Shown here piece by piece: positions 9,882 through 18,920 of a stretch of 64,000 bases of DNA. Position 1 is the first letter of the stretch. Every line of letters begins with the position of its first letter. Origin of the DNA: a virus (taxonomy: Duplodnaviria > Caudoviricetes); IMG/VR virus record IMGVR_UViG_3300037067_026376, positions 1-64,000 of that record; one strand, given 5' to 3'. A program made the position numbers and the translations under genes. Under the pieces are notes generated by a model. It did no database searches and had not been told where the DNA came from. It was given only the letters and a program-made list of their open reading frames with translations.

Positions 9882-10218
9882 TATCCGCGACTCCTTTTAA
9901 TTTATTATAATATTTTTCAAGGTATTCCACTTGAAGAAACACTTGTTTCTTCTTACCTCCAAGATTCATCGTTACTCTTGGAACCTCCGTCATTTTTGTA
10001 ATGATCTCAGGAGCGGCAGCCATGAATAATTGATATCCATATCTGCGTTGTATCTCTCTGAATCTCTTCTCTGAATTTACCGGCAAATCTTCGTGCTTTA
10101 ATTTCCCGGTAGAAATATATCCCGACATTGCTATCACAGCCACTGATAATGCCTTTGCGCAGGACTGATGCTGCTTTAACCCGGCACTCCCTCTTGTATT
10201 TCTATGCATTTTTCTCAA
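9868..10218 (-). CDS. Hypothetical protein
   Basis: ORF with AAGGAGG RBS. Confidence 0.45.
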   Translation of the reverse strand: MRKMHRNTRGSAGLKQHQSCAKALSVAVIAMSGYISTGKLKHEDLPVNSEKRFREIQRRYGYQLFMAAAPEIITKMTEVPRVTMNLGGKKKQVFLQVEYLEKYYNKLKGVADNENN

Positions 10219-10236
10219 TTTATAGGATCCTCCTTT

Positions 10237-10504
10237 TCAAATTCCATTAGATTCGACTGGTTCATTTTCAACCTTAATTTTTTTCTTTCTGCTTTGCCGT
10301 TGAACATCTTGCATAAATCACAGTCAACTTTTCTTGCTTTTCTTTCTCGACTCCTATGTAAGCGTCTAAATCTTCTTGACGAAAACGCCTATGCTCACCA
10401 GTGGTCTTGAAAGACTTTATCTTCCCATTGTTGGCAAGCGTCTTGAGTGTATTTATTGATACCCCAAGATATTCGCTCGCTTCTGTGATTTTATAGATTT
10501 TCAT
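10237..10504 (-). pseudogene. tnpA: IS607-family serine transposase (TnpA) remnant lacking the catalytic core
   Basis: MerR-like HTH then VIYARCST catalytic start, stop at 10274; a different frame continues KKKIKVENEPVESNGI* to 10237; no tnpB nearby. Confidence 0.75.
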
Positions 10505-11259
10505 TTATTCGCTTCTCTGCAATTTTGAAGTACTCTGGGTCAAGTTCGATACCGATGAAGTTGCGGTTGAGATTTTTACAAGCCACGCCAGTTGAACCGC
10601 TCCCCATTGTATTGTCTAGCACTGTTTCACCTTCAATGGTATAGGTTTTGATAAGGTATTCAAGTAAGGCGACTGGTTTTTGAGTTGGGTGTTGACCTGA
10701 CTTATTTGCATTTGATACTGATATTATTGATTTTGGGTATTTATGAGTTCTAGTTCTTTTTATTCCATCGTTATTTTTAATAGGGCTACTATCTGATTTT
10801 GAATAACATTTATAGCTATCGGGATTCTCCATTTTTTCCATAATTGGAAAATATGTTCCGGAATTAAAAACTGATATTATTTCGTGTTGCTTCATGGGGT
10901 TATGTTTTGCTATCTGGAATCCGCTTGCTGTAACCTTGTTCCATATCCAATCATACTTGTAATCCTTAATATTCGACATCCTTAAATGACTAGAAAACGG
11001 CTCACTCCCAAACAATACTATAGCGCCACGATCCTTTATAATCCTTTTGTATTGCTTCCATAACGGCTCGAATGGAATAACCGTATCCCATTTACAAGCA
11101 GTAGTACCTAAGTTAGCCGTAGGGCAAATCACAAAGAATCATATCAATGGATTTTGATTCAATGTACTTCATAGCCTCCAAGCAATCTGCATGAATTAAG
11201 CTATTCGGTTGAATTTGCCCTACGTAACCTCCTTCCTTAAGATTTTCAATCACCTTCAT
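10491..11259 (-). CDS. N4/N6 DNA methyltransferase (beta class) interrupted by a stop and 10 extra nt at the DLPYG motif
   Basis: 11259-11113 encodes ...IHADCLEAMKYIESKSIDMILCDLPYG*; a second frame resumes GTTACKWD...HPTQKPVALLEYLI...VLDNTMGSGSTG. Confidence 0.85.
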
Positions 11260-11627
11260 AGTATATACCCCTTTATGTTAGTTTTTAGCGTGTTCCATTC
11301 AGCTTGTGTCATATCGTTTTTACATCTATTCTCAAACCATGATAAAAACTGTAAATTACTCAACTCATTAGTACCACCATTTGCTTTCGGTATTATATGG
11401 TCTATTGAAGGCTTAGTATACTTGCACGGATTATTCTTGTATTTTTCATACACAAGTAAAAACTGTGCATCAGTATAAAAATACTCAATATACTTTATAT
11501 ATTCATCACTCGTTATATTCCATCTACCTTCCCTATTTGTAATAGCTTCATTTAACACTTTTAGTATTTCAAAATCAAATTGCATTAACCATTCTAAGTC
11601 TATATCAAATCGCAGATGGTTCTTCAT
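11256..11627 (-). CDS. HNH endonuclease
   Basis: SIDHIIPKANGGTNELSNLQFLSWFENRCK; ATGA overlap with the methyltransferase. Confidence 0.85.
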   Translation of the reverse strand: MKNHLRFDIDLEWLMQFDFEILKVLNEAITNREGRWNITSDEYIKYIEYFYTDAQFLLVYEKYKNNPCKYTKPSIDHIIPKANGGTNELSNLQFLSWFENRCKNDMTQAEWNTLKTNIKGYIL

Positions 11628-11749
11628 ATTACCATATTTACTTTGCAGTAATGTTTCATATTTTCGTAGCCCTCTTGTATTTTTCGGTTGACGAATCTGA
11701 ACTCCATTGCCTCTTTGGATGATTTTATATCTATCACTTTATCTGACAT
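11624..11749 (-). CDS. Small hypothetical protein (41 aa)
   Basis: AGGAG RBS; ATGA overlap with the HNH start; hand-translated. Confidence 0.4.
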   Translation of the reverse strand: MSDKVIDIKSSKEAMEFRFVNRKIQEGYENMKHYCKVNMVI

Positions 11750-12368
11750 TTTTTTCTCCTTTTATTCTTGATATCTCCCATTTACCATCTTGAAATGTTT
11801 CCATCTCAAATACTTTGTCCGCTACATTTATTATCTCTTTGCCGTGGCTGACAATAATAAACTGAAGATTAAGCTCCTGTGACAATTGCTTCAAAATCTC
11901 CGCTCCATAAGGCTGCAAATCCTCTGAGAGCTGCACAAATGGCTCGTCGAGGAATATAGTATTCCGGGTCGTACCAAGGCTCCACGCTGCAATCCTGAGG
12001 CCCAGGGATGCTATATTTACGACTCCACCGGCATCTCCCTCAAATATATCCACTTCTTCCCCGGCTTTAGTAAATTGGAGTTTAGCCTCTGTTTTACCTC
12101 GTTTTATCTCAAATATAAGCTCAAATTTATATAATCCCGGAAATACAGCGTCAAGAGCCAACTGGACGATGTCTTCGATATGATATTTTAAGGATTCCTG
12201 CGTATTTTGAGCCGTCGCCTGAAGAAATGCTTGAGCGATTTCCAGATCTTTCTTGAATTGAAGCAGGGATTCCTCTTTCTCTTTTTCTATATTTTGTTTC
12301 TGCAGGAGAATATCAAGCTTGCCCTGAGATTTAAGTAATTTTTCTTTATAGTATTGTATGTTATTCAT
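11739..12368 (-). CDS. Rad50/SbcC (gp46-like) C-terminal half
   Basis: Coiled coil, degenerate ABC signature DAGGVVNIASLGLR, Walker B IFLDEPF, H-loop IIVSH; no Walker A. Confidence 0.85.
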   Translation of the reverse strand: MNNIQYYKEKLLKSQGKLDILLQKQNIEKEKEESLLQFKKDLEIAQAFLQATAQNTQESLKYHIEDIVQLALDAVFPGLYKFELIFEIKRGKTEAKLQFTKAGEEVDIFEGDAGGVVNIASLGLRIAAWSLGTTRNTIFLDEPFVQLSEDLQPYGAEILKQLSQELNLQFIIVSHGKEIINVADKVFEMETFQDGKWEISRIKGEKNVR

Positions 12369-12495
12369 AGTCTTATTAATATTTTTAATATGTCTTCGTC
12401 TCTGGTTAAGATATAATTCAACAATAGCTGCCGCTTTATCTGATCCTTGACTCTGTTCAGATTAGTAATTGTTTTCTGGTGAACTAAAGCGTCTT

Positions 12496-12741
12496 CTACA
12501 GTTTGTTCCATTCCACTACTTTATCCAGTTTCACCAAAAGAGCTTCCTGCTCCTTCAACAGCTTTTCTATCTCGGTGTTCAATTTATTCACAACGGTTTC
12601 GGCGTCATCTATGTTTTTTATGTCGGGTTCTTTCTTTAACTGCTCCTCAATCTGATCCAGGGCGCCATTGATCCTTGACTCCTTATCCTTCGCTGCTGCA
12701 ATTTTTTTTCTTAACTGTTCGAAATCTTCAATTTTTATCAT
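12496..12741 (-). CDS. Small coiled-coil protein
   Basis: Heptad pattern; lies within the Rad50/Mre11 cluster. Confidence 0.55.
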   Translation of the reverse strand: MIKIEDFEQLRKKIAAAKDKESRINGALDQIEEQLKKEPDIKNIDDAETVVNKLNTEIEKLLKEQEALLVKLDKVVEWNKL

Positions 12742-12995
12742 TGTGTTTCCGCCTTATATATTTCATTCTTTTCTTTGTATCTCTTTCAAACCTTTTTCTA
12801 TAATTTCCATGCCATTCCTTGAAATTAAACCGTTTATTGTTATCAGACCGCTTATGAAAAGATTTAATTGGAATTTTACATATTTTATGTCCTATTTCTA
12901 ATCTTCTGATTAAATTCTCTTCTGAATTACCGGACTATCTTTTAGGACTAAAAAATAGTCTCTTAAAAAATCTTATAATGTTAATTATTACCTTT

Positions 12996-13400
12996 TTAAT
13001 TTTTATCATTATCTTCTCCATTCTTGCTCTTTCTCATATATGAGAAATTCTGAATATAATAGATGCTGCCGTCACTGACTCGTTTCACGGCGAAGCAATC
13101 TCCTTGTTTAAATGGGATCTGTAGAAGTTCCGCTTCGAATATTGCATTACTATTTTCAAAGAAAACGTCTACGATATCACCTATTTCTATAAATTTGTTA
13201 CTTATTATCATTGGAGCATCATCACAAATAAAAGTTGCATATCCCATAGCTTCAATGACACAGGATTTACCATTCTTTTTTATGTAATATTTCTCCCACC
13301 TCTCGCCGTCAACATACGATATTGAATCGGCGCTTATAAATTCCCCGAATTCTTGCAGTGCCTGTTTCTGCCCCGGTGTTTCTGCATTTATAACTTCCAT
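12996..13400 (-). CDS. Hypothetical protein
   Basis: ORF directly downstream of the Mre11-like gene. Confidence 0.5.
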   Translation of the reverse strand: MEVINAETPGQKQALQEFGEFISADSISYVDGERWEKYYIKKNGKSCVIEAMGYATFICDDAPMIISNKFIEIGDIVDVFFENSNAIFEAELLQIPFKQGDCFAVKRVSDGSIYYIQNFSYMRKSKNGEDNDKN

Positions 13401-13402
13401 TA

Positions 13403-14290
13403 TTATTTCTCCATCATCTGATTTATAAAAGTAATTGCACCCTCGGTAAGTTCCGGATTATTCTCCATCCCCTTCCTGACATTCTCTTTAAAATCTATTC
13501 CTGATCCTTTCCCCTGCTGCATCTTCTCCTTTATCAGGGAGGCGAAGCTATGTATCCTGTCCATTTTATCTTTGCTCTCCTGGACATAAGAGTCTGTAAC
13601 GATTTCACAGTCATCAGGAACTGGAATAGGTTTTATACTTTCTATATCAGTATCAATTAAATATATCCTTGGTTCGTAATCTTTAAAATCCGATGCCTGA
13701 CGATTTAAACAGCCCGGGACGACTACATATCTATGATTATTCTTGCCTTCATTTATATACCCAAACCCATGATGATTATCTCCAGCGAATATAAATTTTG
13801 CATCAGGATATTTATCAAGCGCTTCTTTCGCTGTCATTGCCTTTGTATTTGGAGGCATGGATTTTTTATCTTCAAAAATTAGAGTATGAAGAAAAAGCAT
13901 GTCGCCTTCTCCGATAACTTCCTGACCGTAATGAGCATGTCGCGCCTGAAGAATAGGAATAGGTTTTATAATTCCTGATCTCCATAATACTCCAAAAGAT
14001 GATTGATCTACTTTATCCCATTGATGCCATGGGAGTTCATGGTTTCCGGCAATTCCAAAAACATTTGTTTGGTAAAATGCTTCAATAAACATATTTTTTA
14101 TATAATCTGGAACAGTAGGAGCATCAAAAATATCTCCCGTCATAAATATAGGAATATTTTTCTCTTTTGCAGTCTTTGCGATAAATTGAAGTTGAAACCT
14201 CTGCGTCTCTATCCATTCCTCTTGAGACTGTACGCGGCAACGAGGTAAATCACTGCGCAAATGGAGGTCACTGCAAACTATAAATTTCAT
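13403..14290 (-). CDS. Mre11/SbcD (gp47-like) metallophosphoesterase nuclease
   Basis: SDLH, GDIFD, GNHE, GDNH and PGCL motifs. Confidence 0.9.
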   Translation of the reverse strand: MKFIVCSDLHLRSDLPRCRVQSQEEWIETQRFQLQFIAKTAKEKNIPIFMTGDIFDAPTVPDYIKNMFIEAFYQTNVFGIAGNHELPWHQWDKVDQSSFGVLWRSGIIKPIPILQARHAHYGQEVIGEGDMLFLHTLIFEDKKSMPPNTKAMTAKEALDKYPDAKFIFAGDNHHGFGYINEGKNNHRYVVVPGCLNRQASDFKDYEPRIYLIDTDIESIKPIPVPDDCEIVTDSYVQESKDKMDRIHSFASLIKEKMQQGKGSGIDFKENVRKGMENNPELTEGAITFINQMMEK

Positions 14291-14451
14291 AATAATATCA
14301 CGCCTATAGCTATTGAAATAAACCCCATTGCAAGGATGATTGTACTTATATTTAAGTAGTGTTTTTTTAATTTTATCATAAATCCATCATTTAATATTCT
14401 TAATATTAAATAGCATAGAAATAGACATATTCCAATCTTAAAAAATATCAT
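14287..14451 (-). CDS. Small 2-TM membrane protein (54 aa)
   Basis: Hand-translated; ATGA overlaps at both ends. Confidence 0.5.
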   Translation of the reverse strand: MIFFKIGICLFLCYLILRILNDGFMIKLKKHYLNISTIILAMGFISIAIGVILL

Positions 14452-15578
14452 ATCAGCATCTCCTTATTAACGGGTTGATTACATGTAGGACATGTCTTCG
14501 GTAATTTATTCATAAGAGATTTTATTTCACCTGTCAGTGTATTAGCTTCTGCTCTTTTACTTGCACGTTCCCTATATTTATCAAGAATAGACTCAGCCTT
14601 TACCAGTTCCTGCTCTTTCTTTATAATTTTATTTTCTAGGGCAAGGGCGTCAGTCATTAACCTCTCAACTTTAGAGAGATCATATTTTTGAACTTCTTCT
14701 AATTCTTCCACGCCTTCGTCATATTTTTCAAAAAGCTCTGATATGATGTCTACTCTATCTTCTGCGTAATCTATATTTTCCTGGATATTTTCAATTTTAT
14801 CCATCAATGCTGCGACTTGACTCAAATTTTCAGGAATACCTGCCAGTTCATCTTCATAGCGATGGAACTGATCTACTAACAGATTTAGTTTTTCAAATTT
14901 TTCATTTTTTTCTTCAATCGTGAGATTTAATTTTTCTATTTTCTCTATCTGCTTCGCGGCTACTTCTACCCAGGACAGAGCTGCAATTTCCTTAGCAGTT
15001 TCCTCCCGAGACTTTTTATTCTCTTCGATATCGCGATTATTTTTTCTTCTTATTGATTCCGTCTCGGATAATATTTCATCAATAACATTCAATTTAATGA
15101 TATTGTTAAAGAACTCAGCTACCTTACCCGGAGATTCCGACAAGAGAAAAGGCTGATCCCATTGCTTCTGAATATTTACTTCAGACAGATTGAGAATATT
15201 TGAAATTTCTTGCGGTACATCGGTCTTGATGGCTTCAAAACTCTGATCAGGCGCGCCATGGTCGTCACTTTCCTGTGTCCATACCTCATAACCATTAAAT
15301 TCAGGGGCTTTTATCCTGCTGACGACCATGGCTTCGTTATTATCTTCAACAATTACTTTAACGCTATGTTCGGTTTTAGGATTTCTCTTCCCGTCTCTGT
15401 CCCACCATGATACGTAGTTATTGCCTACCGGTCTGTTGTCTTTTACCCATGTCAGCGCTCTCCTGACTACAGTCTTACCCTTCGAGGAAGAACCTATGAT
15501 CAGGTTTATCCCGGGTACAAATTTAAAGAGGACATCGCGATGGCTTTGAAAATTTTTATTTCGGAGTGACAATATCAT
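14448..15578 (-). CDS. Rad50/SbcC (gp46-like) N-terminal half with zinc hook
   Basis: KNFQSH, Walker A GSSSKGKT, Q-loop IQKQWDQPFLL, coiled coil ending in CPTC. Confidence 0.88.
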   Translation of the reverse strand: MILSLRNKNFQSHRDVLFKFVPGINLIIGSSSKGKTVVRRALTWVKDNRPVGNNYVSWWDRDGKRNPKTEHSVKVIVEDNNEAMVVSRIKAPEFNGYEVWTQESDDHGAPDQSFEAIKTDVPQEISNILNLSEVNIQKQWDQPFLLSESPGKVAEFFNNIIKLNVIDEILSETESIRRKNNRDIEENKKSREETAKEIAALSWVEVAAKQIEKIEKLNLTIEEKNEKFEKLNLLVDQFHRYEDELAGIPENLSQVAALMDKIENIQENIDYAEDRVDIISELFEKYDEGVEELEEVQKYDLSKVERLMTDALALENKIIKKEQELVKAESILDKYRERASKRAEANTLTGEIKSLMNKLPKTCPTCNQPVNKEMLI

Positions 15579-15740
15579 ATCTTATATATCGGAATTATTT
15601 TTTATTTTTAATAAGTTTTTTGAGCTGCTTCTTTATTTTTCTGCGGTTTTCTTTAAATAGATTTTCTGCGTGGAGATTTATGAAGTATTCCCTTAACAGG
15701 CTTTTAATCTCCTCATCGCATAATATTTTTTTAGAAGTCA

Positions 15741-17054
15741 TTATTTATATTTATTCCTTAAAAACAACGAAATTGCGATAGAAACCGGACCAATTAAATC
15801 TACAAAGCACGCGGGAAGCAGACTCATGAAGAATTGAGCCTTATCCTTATCTATACCGAGAACCTTCGCCAACCATCCATAGAAATTTACTATATTCTCG
15901 GTATCTTTTGTTACTCCGAGAATGATGCCTTTGTCCTTACTCTCTTTTAATAATATTCTTTCTTCTTCTCTTATCTTATTTAATTCATCGAGGACTGCTT
16001 TTATTTCTTTATTTGTCTTATTCAAACTCCATTGATTTTCCGCCCACGTCTTATCATTTTCTGTTCTTTTATCAAGGCCCCGCATAGTTTTTGATATTTC
16101 AGTATAAGTCTTTGAATTTTCTTTGTATTCATTTAATCGTGAACGTAAATCTCGTTTCTGTTCCTGTAGGGACTCCCAATTCATTTTGCCCGTATCTATG
16201 CCTTGCCTTGCCTGATCCTTCAGGTTAAGAACAAACTTATTGTATTGACCGGCAACGGTAGAGAATATAGAGAAAAATGTGACCGCAGCCCATAGAATAA
16301 TAAACCCGAGAGTAATGCTCCACTGCGCGACCTTGCTGCGCGTCACCTGCCCCGATAGGAATAGGATAACGGTTTCAAATGCGGATACAGCGAATCCTAC
16401 CATAATAGCAGACAATAAGAGAGCAAATGCCCATGGCAGAAATTCCAAGAGCCATACCGTGGTGTAATAAATGCTTATTATTGAAGCCCCTATCCCTATC
16501 GCGCCCATAAGGATCTGGATTATATATATCGGAGCTGAATATTTAGATAACTGTTTCTTGGTCTTTTTATTTCTAGATTTTAAAAGATTCTTTAATTTTT
16601 TGATAATAGAATCTTCGTCTGAATACGTCCTTGCGTGTTGTTTTTCAGATGGGAGTGCCAATACAGCAGGTTCATATTCGTGTATTCTTATAACATTTTC
16701 TTTGGGCAAAGAAGGATTCGAACCCTCTGTGTTTCCCTGTACGGGGTCTACAGCCCCGCGTGACTCCGCCATCGTCACCGTTTGCCCATTTTTATAAATT
16801 TCAATTGGCTCTCGCATTTCTTTATCAACTACTATATTTTTGTTAATTAATGGATTGTCCTCCTTTTCCGGAAATCTATACCAGTCTTCAACTTTCTCCA
16901 GATATCCATCTTCAGCGAGGACCTGCATATATTTTTTTGTCTGATCTTCAGTGTAATGAAGGATGTTGCACATCTCCTGAAGAGAGGGAAACCTTTTCTT
17001 CTCCCGGATAATCTTATTTATTGTTTTCTTTATCTCATAATGTTTTTCCATCAA
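15741..17054 (-). CDS. Winged-HTH, multi-TM and coiled-coil protein
   Basis: N-terminal FPSLQEMCNIL...LAEDGYLEK LexA-like wHTH; about 4 TM helices and a coiled coil. Confidence 0.55.
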   Translation of the reverse strand: MMEKHYEIKKTINKIIREKKRFPSLQEMCNILHYTEDQTKKYMQVLAEDGYLEKVEDWYRFPEKEDNPLINKNIVVDKEMREPIEIYKNGQTVTMAESRGAVDPVQGNTEGSNPSLPKENVIRIHEYEPAVLALPSEKQHARTYSDEDSIIKKLKNLLKSRNKKTKKQLSKYSAPIYIIQILMGAIGIGASIISIYYTTVWLLEFLPWAFALLLSAIMVGFAVSAFETVILFLSGQVTRSKVAQWSITLGFIILWAAVTFFSIFSTVAGQYNKFVLNLKDQARQGIDTGKMNWESLQEQKRDLRSRLNEYKENSKTYTEISKTMRGLDKRTENDKTWAENQWSLNKTNKEIKAVLDELNKIREEERILLKESKDKGIILGVTKDTENIVNFYGWLAKVLGIDKDKAQFFMSLLPACFVDLIGPVSIAISLFLRNKYK

Positions 17055-17428
17055 TAATTCCTATTAAGAAATTCCAATACTTTCATGCAAATATTTTTAT
17101 CTAAATTGCTTATTTTAAAAGGGATCATGCTGAATTTTATCCCTAGATCTTCATATAATTGAGGAGTGTGGTCCCTTTTTCCTTTATATATACTATCAAT
17201 TTTATCGTAAATTTTTTTTCTAAGATTTCTTAAATCTTCATCTGCAAGCTCACCCGTAGGAGTTGCAGTGCCTTTTTTACAAGTTACTCTATAATTACAT
17301 TTTGGAAAATTCATGCAAACCCACATTAATCCATAAGAAGTTCCATATACTTCTTTGCTGTTTATGAGCTTGGCGCCGCAACCGCAGTTAGGACATTTCA
17401 GATCTTTACCTTCTTTATCGAATATCAT
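17051..17428 (-). CDS. Zinc-finger protein (DUF3268-like)
   Basis: CPNCG...WVCMNFPKC...TGELADEDLRNLR. Confidence 0.65.
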   Translation of the reverse strand: MIFDKEGKDLKCPNCGCGAKLINSKEVYGTSYGLMWVCMNFPKCNYRVTCKKGTATPTGELADEDLRNLRKKIYDKIDSIYKGKRDHTPQLYEDLGIKFSMIPFKISNLDKNICMKVLEFLNRNY

Positions 17429-17541
17429 TAATATATTCCTTTTTAACCTTTCTAAATAATCTTTTATATAAAGAAGAACTTCTTAGTTTATCTTCCCCTT
17501 TCAGATTATCAATTGAATTTTCCAATTCTTTTCTTAATTTT

Positions 17542-17814
17542 TTAACTCTCGTTTTTCTCATCTCTTATCTCCAACGCGTATATGTAAGCGCTTATTTTAA
17601 AGTTTTTTGATTCAGGGTTCCCATTCTCAACGAATATAATAGGAAGTTTTTCCGTTAATTCATTTCTTATTTTCTTTTTTAATATTCCTGTTAATATGGA
17701 TACTTGATTACTGTTGAGCTCCTGTAACGTAAATTCAGATATCTGGTGATCACAGGCATATAACCGGATACCAAGCCTTTTCAAAAACCAATTCCTAATT
17801 CTGCGTTTTAGCAT
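17542..17814 (-). CDS. Hypothetical protein
   Basis: GGAGGAGG RBS before ATG 17814. Confidence 0.5.
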   Translation of the reverse strand: MLKRRIRNWFLKRLGIRLYACDHQISEFTLQELNSNQVSILTGILKKKIRNELTEKLPIIFVENGNPESKNFKISAYIYALEIRDEKNES

Positions 17815-18268
17815 AAATCCTCCTCCCGTAATCTGCCATAAGAATCGCCTCTGCCCGGCCATCAAGCATTCGCCCCCTCGGCGTAAAAAATTCAATACTG
17901 GGAAATAACTGTTGCGCCGCCTTTACCGATGCATCCTTTCCCTTGTTAATAAGTGAAAATTCCTTCTTCCACTTCGCGGGATGGATTTCCTGATATGGAA
18001 TTTCAAGAATATCAAGACATGCCTTTATCTTCCCGTAACCGATGCCATAAGTAAATGCGCCTTTAATTCCTTGCTTCGGAAGGACCTGAGCGCTCTCTAA
18101 GATACAGAAACAATTATCTTTTGATAGATCTGAATTACTTTTGACTATATATAAGTGTTCATATAAATCAGAGGGATTTTCAGGCATGTCAATTACACGC
18201 CCCCCTGGATGATCGATTACTGCTAAGGCACCTGACTTTCCAGGATCACATCCTAAGAATACTGTCAT
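17795..18268 (-). CDS. RuvC-like Holliday junction resolvase
   Basis: LGCDPGKSGALA, ILESAQ, PAKWKK, DGRAEAILMA. Confidence 0.85.
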   Translation of the reverse strand: MTVFLGCDPGKSGALAVIDHPGGRVIDMPENPSDLYEHLYIVKSNSDLSKDNCFCILESAQVLPKQGIKGAFTYGIGYGKIKACLDILEIPYQEIHPAKWKKEFSLINKGKDASVKAAQQLFPSIEFFTPRGRMLDGRAEAILMADYGRRIYAKTQN

Positions 18269-18462
18269 TTCTTTTTGTCCTTTTTCATAATAGAATATTC
18301 TATAAAAAGCCCGGATATGATAATTATCGCTGCAGCAACTGCGATCCACCACAGAAGCAGCGCCCAGGAATATTTTTCAGAAATAAACAGGCACCAATAG
18401 GTGTTGGCAAGAATTATCAAAGCAGATATGATTGGTAAAATTATATTTACGAATAATTTCAT
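18265..18462 (-). CDS. Small membrane protein
   Basis: Two hydrophobic segments. Confidence 0.5.
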   Translation of the reverse strand: MKLFVNIILPIISALIILANTYWCLFISEKYSWALLLWWIAVAAAIIIISGLFIEYSIMKKDKKK

Positions 18463-18920
18463 TGTAAACCTCCAGGCAATAATTTCGGCACTCTCCCTGT
18501 ACTTGCAATCTGCAGTAATTGCGGGAGTAAATGATCACTTAATTGTTTTCCGTCCGGCATCATAACGAAAGCCAGGAATTCCTTTTCTATAGTTGAGATT
18601 CCTGATTCCACAGCTTCAAGTTTCGCCTTTACCGCCAAAACAAGAGCACGCCAACGCTGCCGTATCGCTTGTTCATACGCTTGTTCTGCCTGATTATTTT
18701 TGCGGGAACGGCCAGTATCTGTTTTAATAAATTCTTCTTTTTTAGGCAGAGGTACAGTAATCTGTATCATGAGTCCATTATATTCAAACATAAGATAAGC
18801 AATATCTTTTCTTTCCATAACTCCGAATGCATCTGCTCCATATTTTCTTAAAATATTCTGAACTTCCTGTTGCGACTTCTCAACAGACACGCTTGTATTT
18901 TGAGCATAATGATTTTTCAT
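18459..18920 (-). CDS. Conserved hypothetical phage protein
   Basis: YAQNTSVSVEKS...LRKYGA and WRALVLAVKAKLEAVESGI motifs. Confidence 0.6.
   Translation of the reverse strand: MKNHYAQNTSVSVEKSQQEVQNILRKYGADAFGVMERKDIAYLMFEYNGLMIQITVPLPKKEEFIKTDTGRSRKNNQAEQAYEQAIRQRWRALVLAVKAKLEAVESGISTIEKEFLAFVMMPDGKQLSDHLLPQLLQIASTGRVPKLLPGGLQ

Noticed and set aside
12738-12980. Stop-codon reassignment (TAG read-through) suggested by an ORF-like stretch with an internal TAG
   Set aside because: Portal, DnaE and other genes end cleanly at TAG, and long genes are intact under the standard code; more likely a decayed or non-coding stretch.
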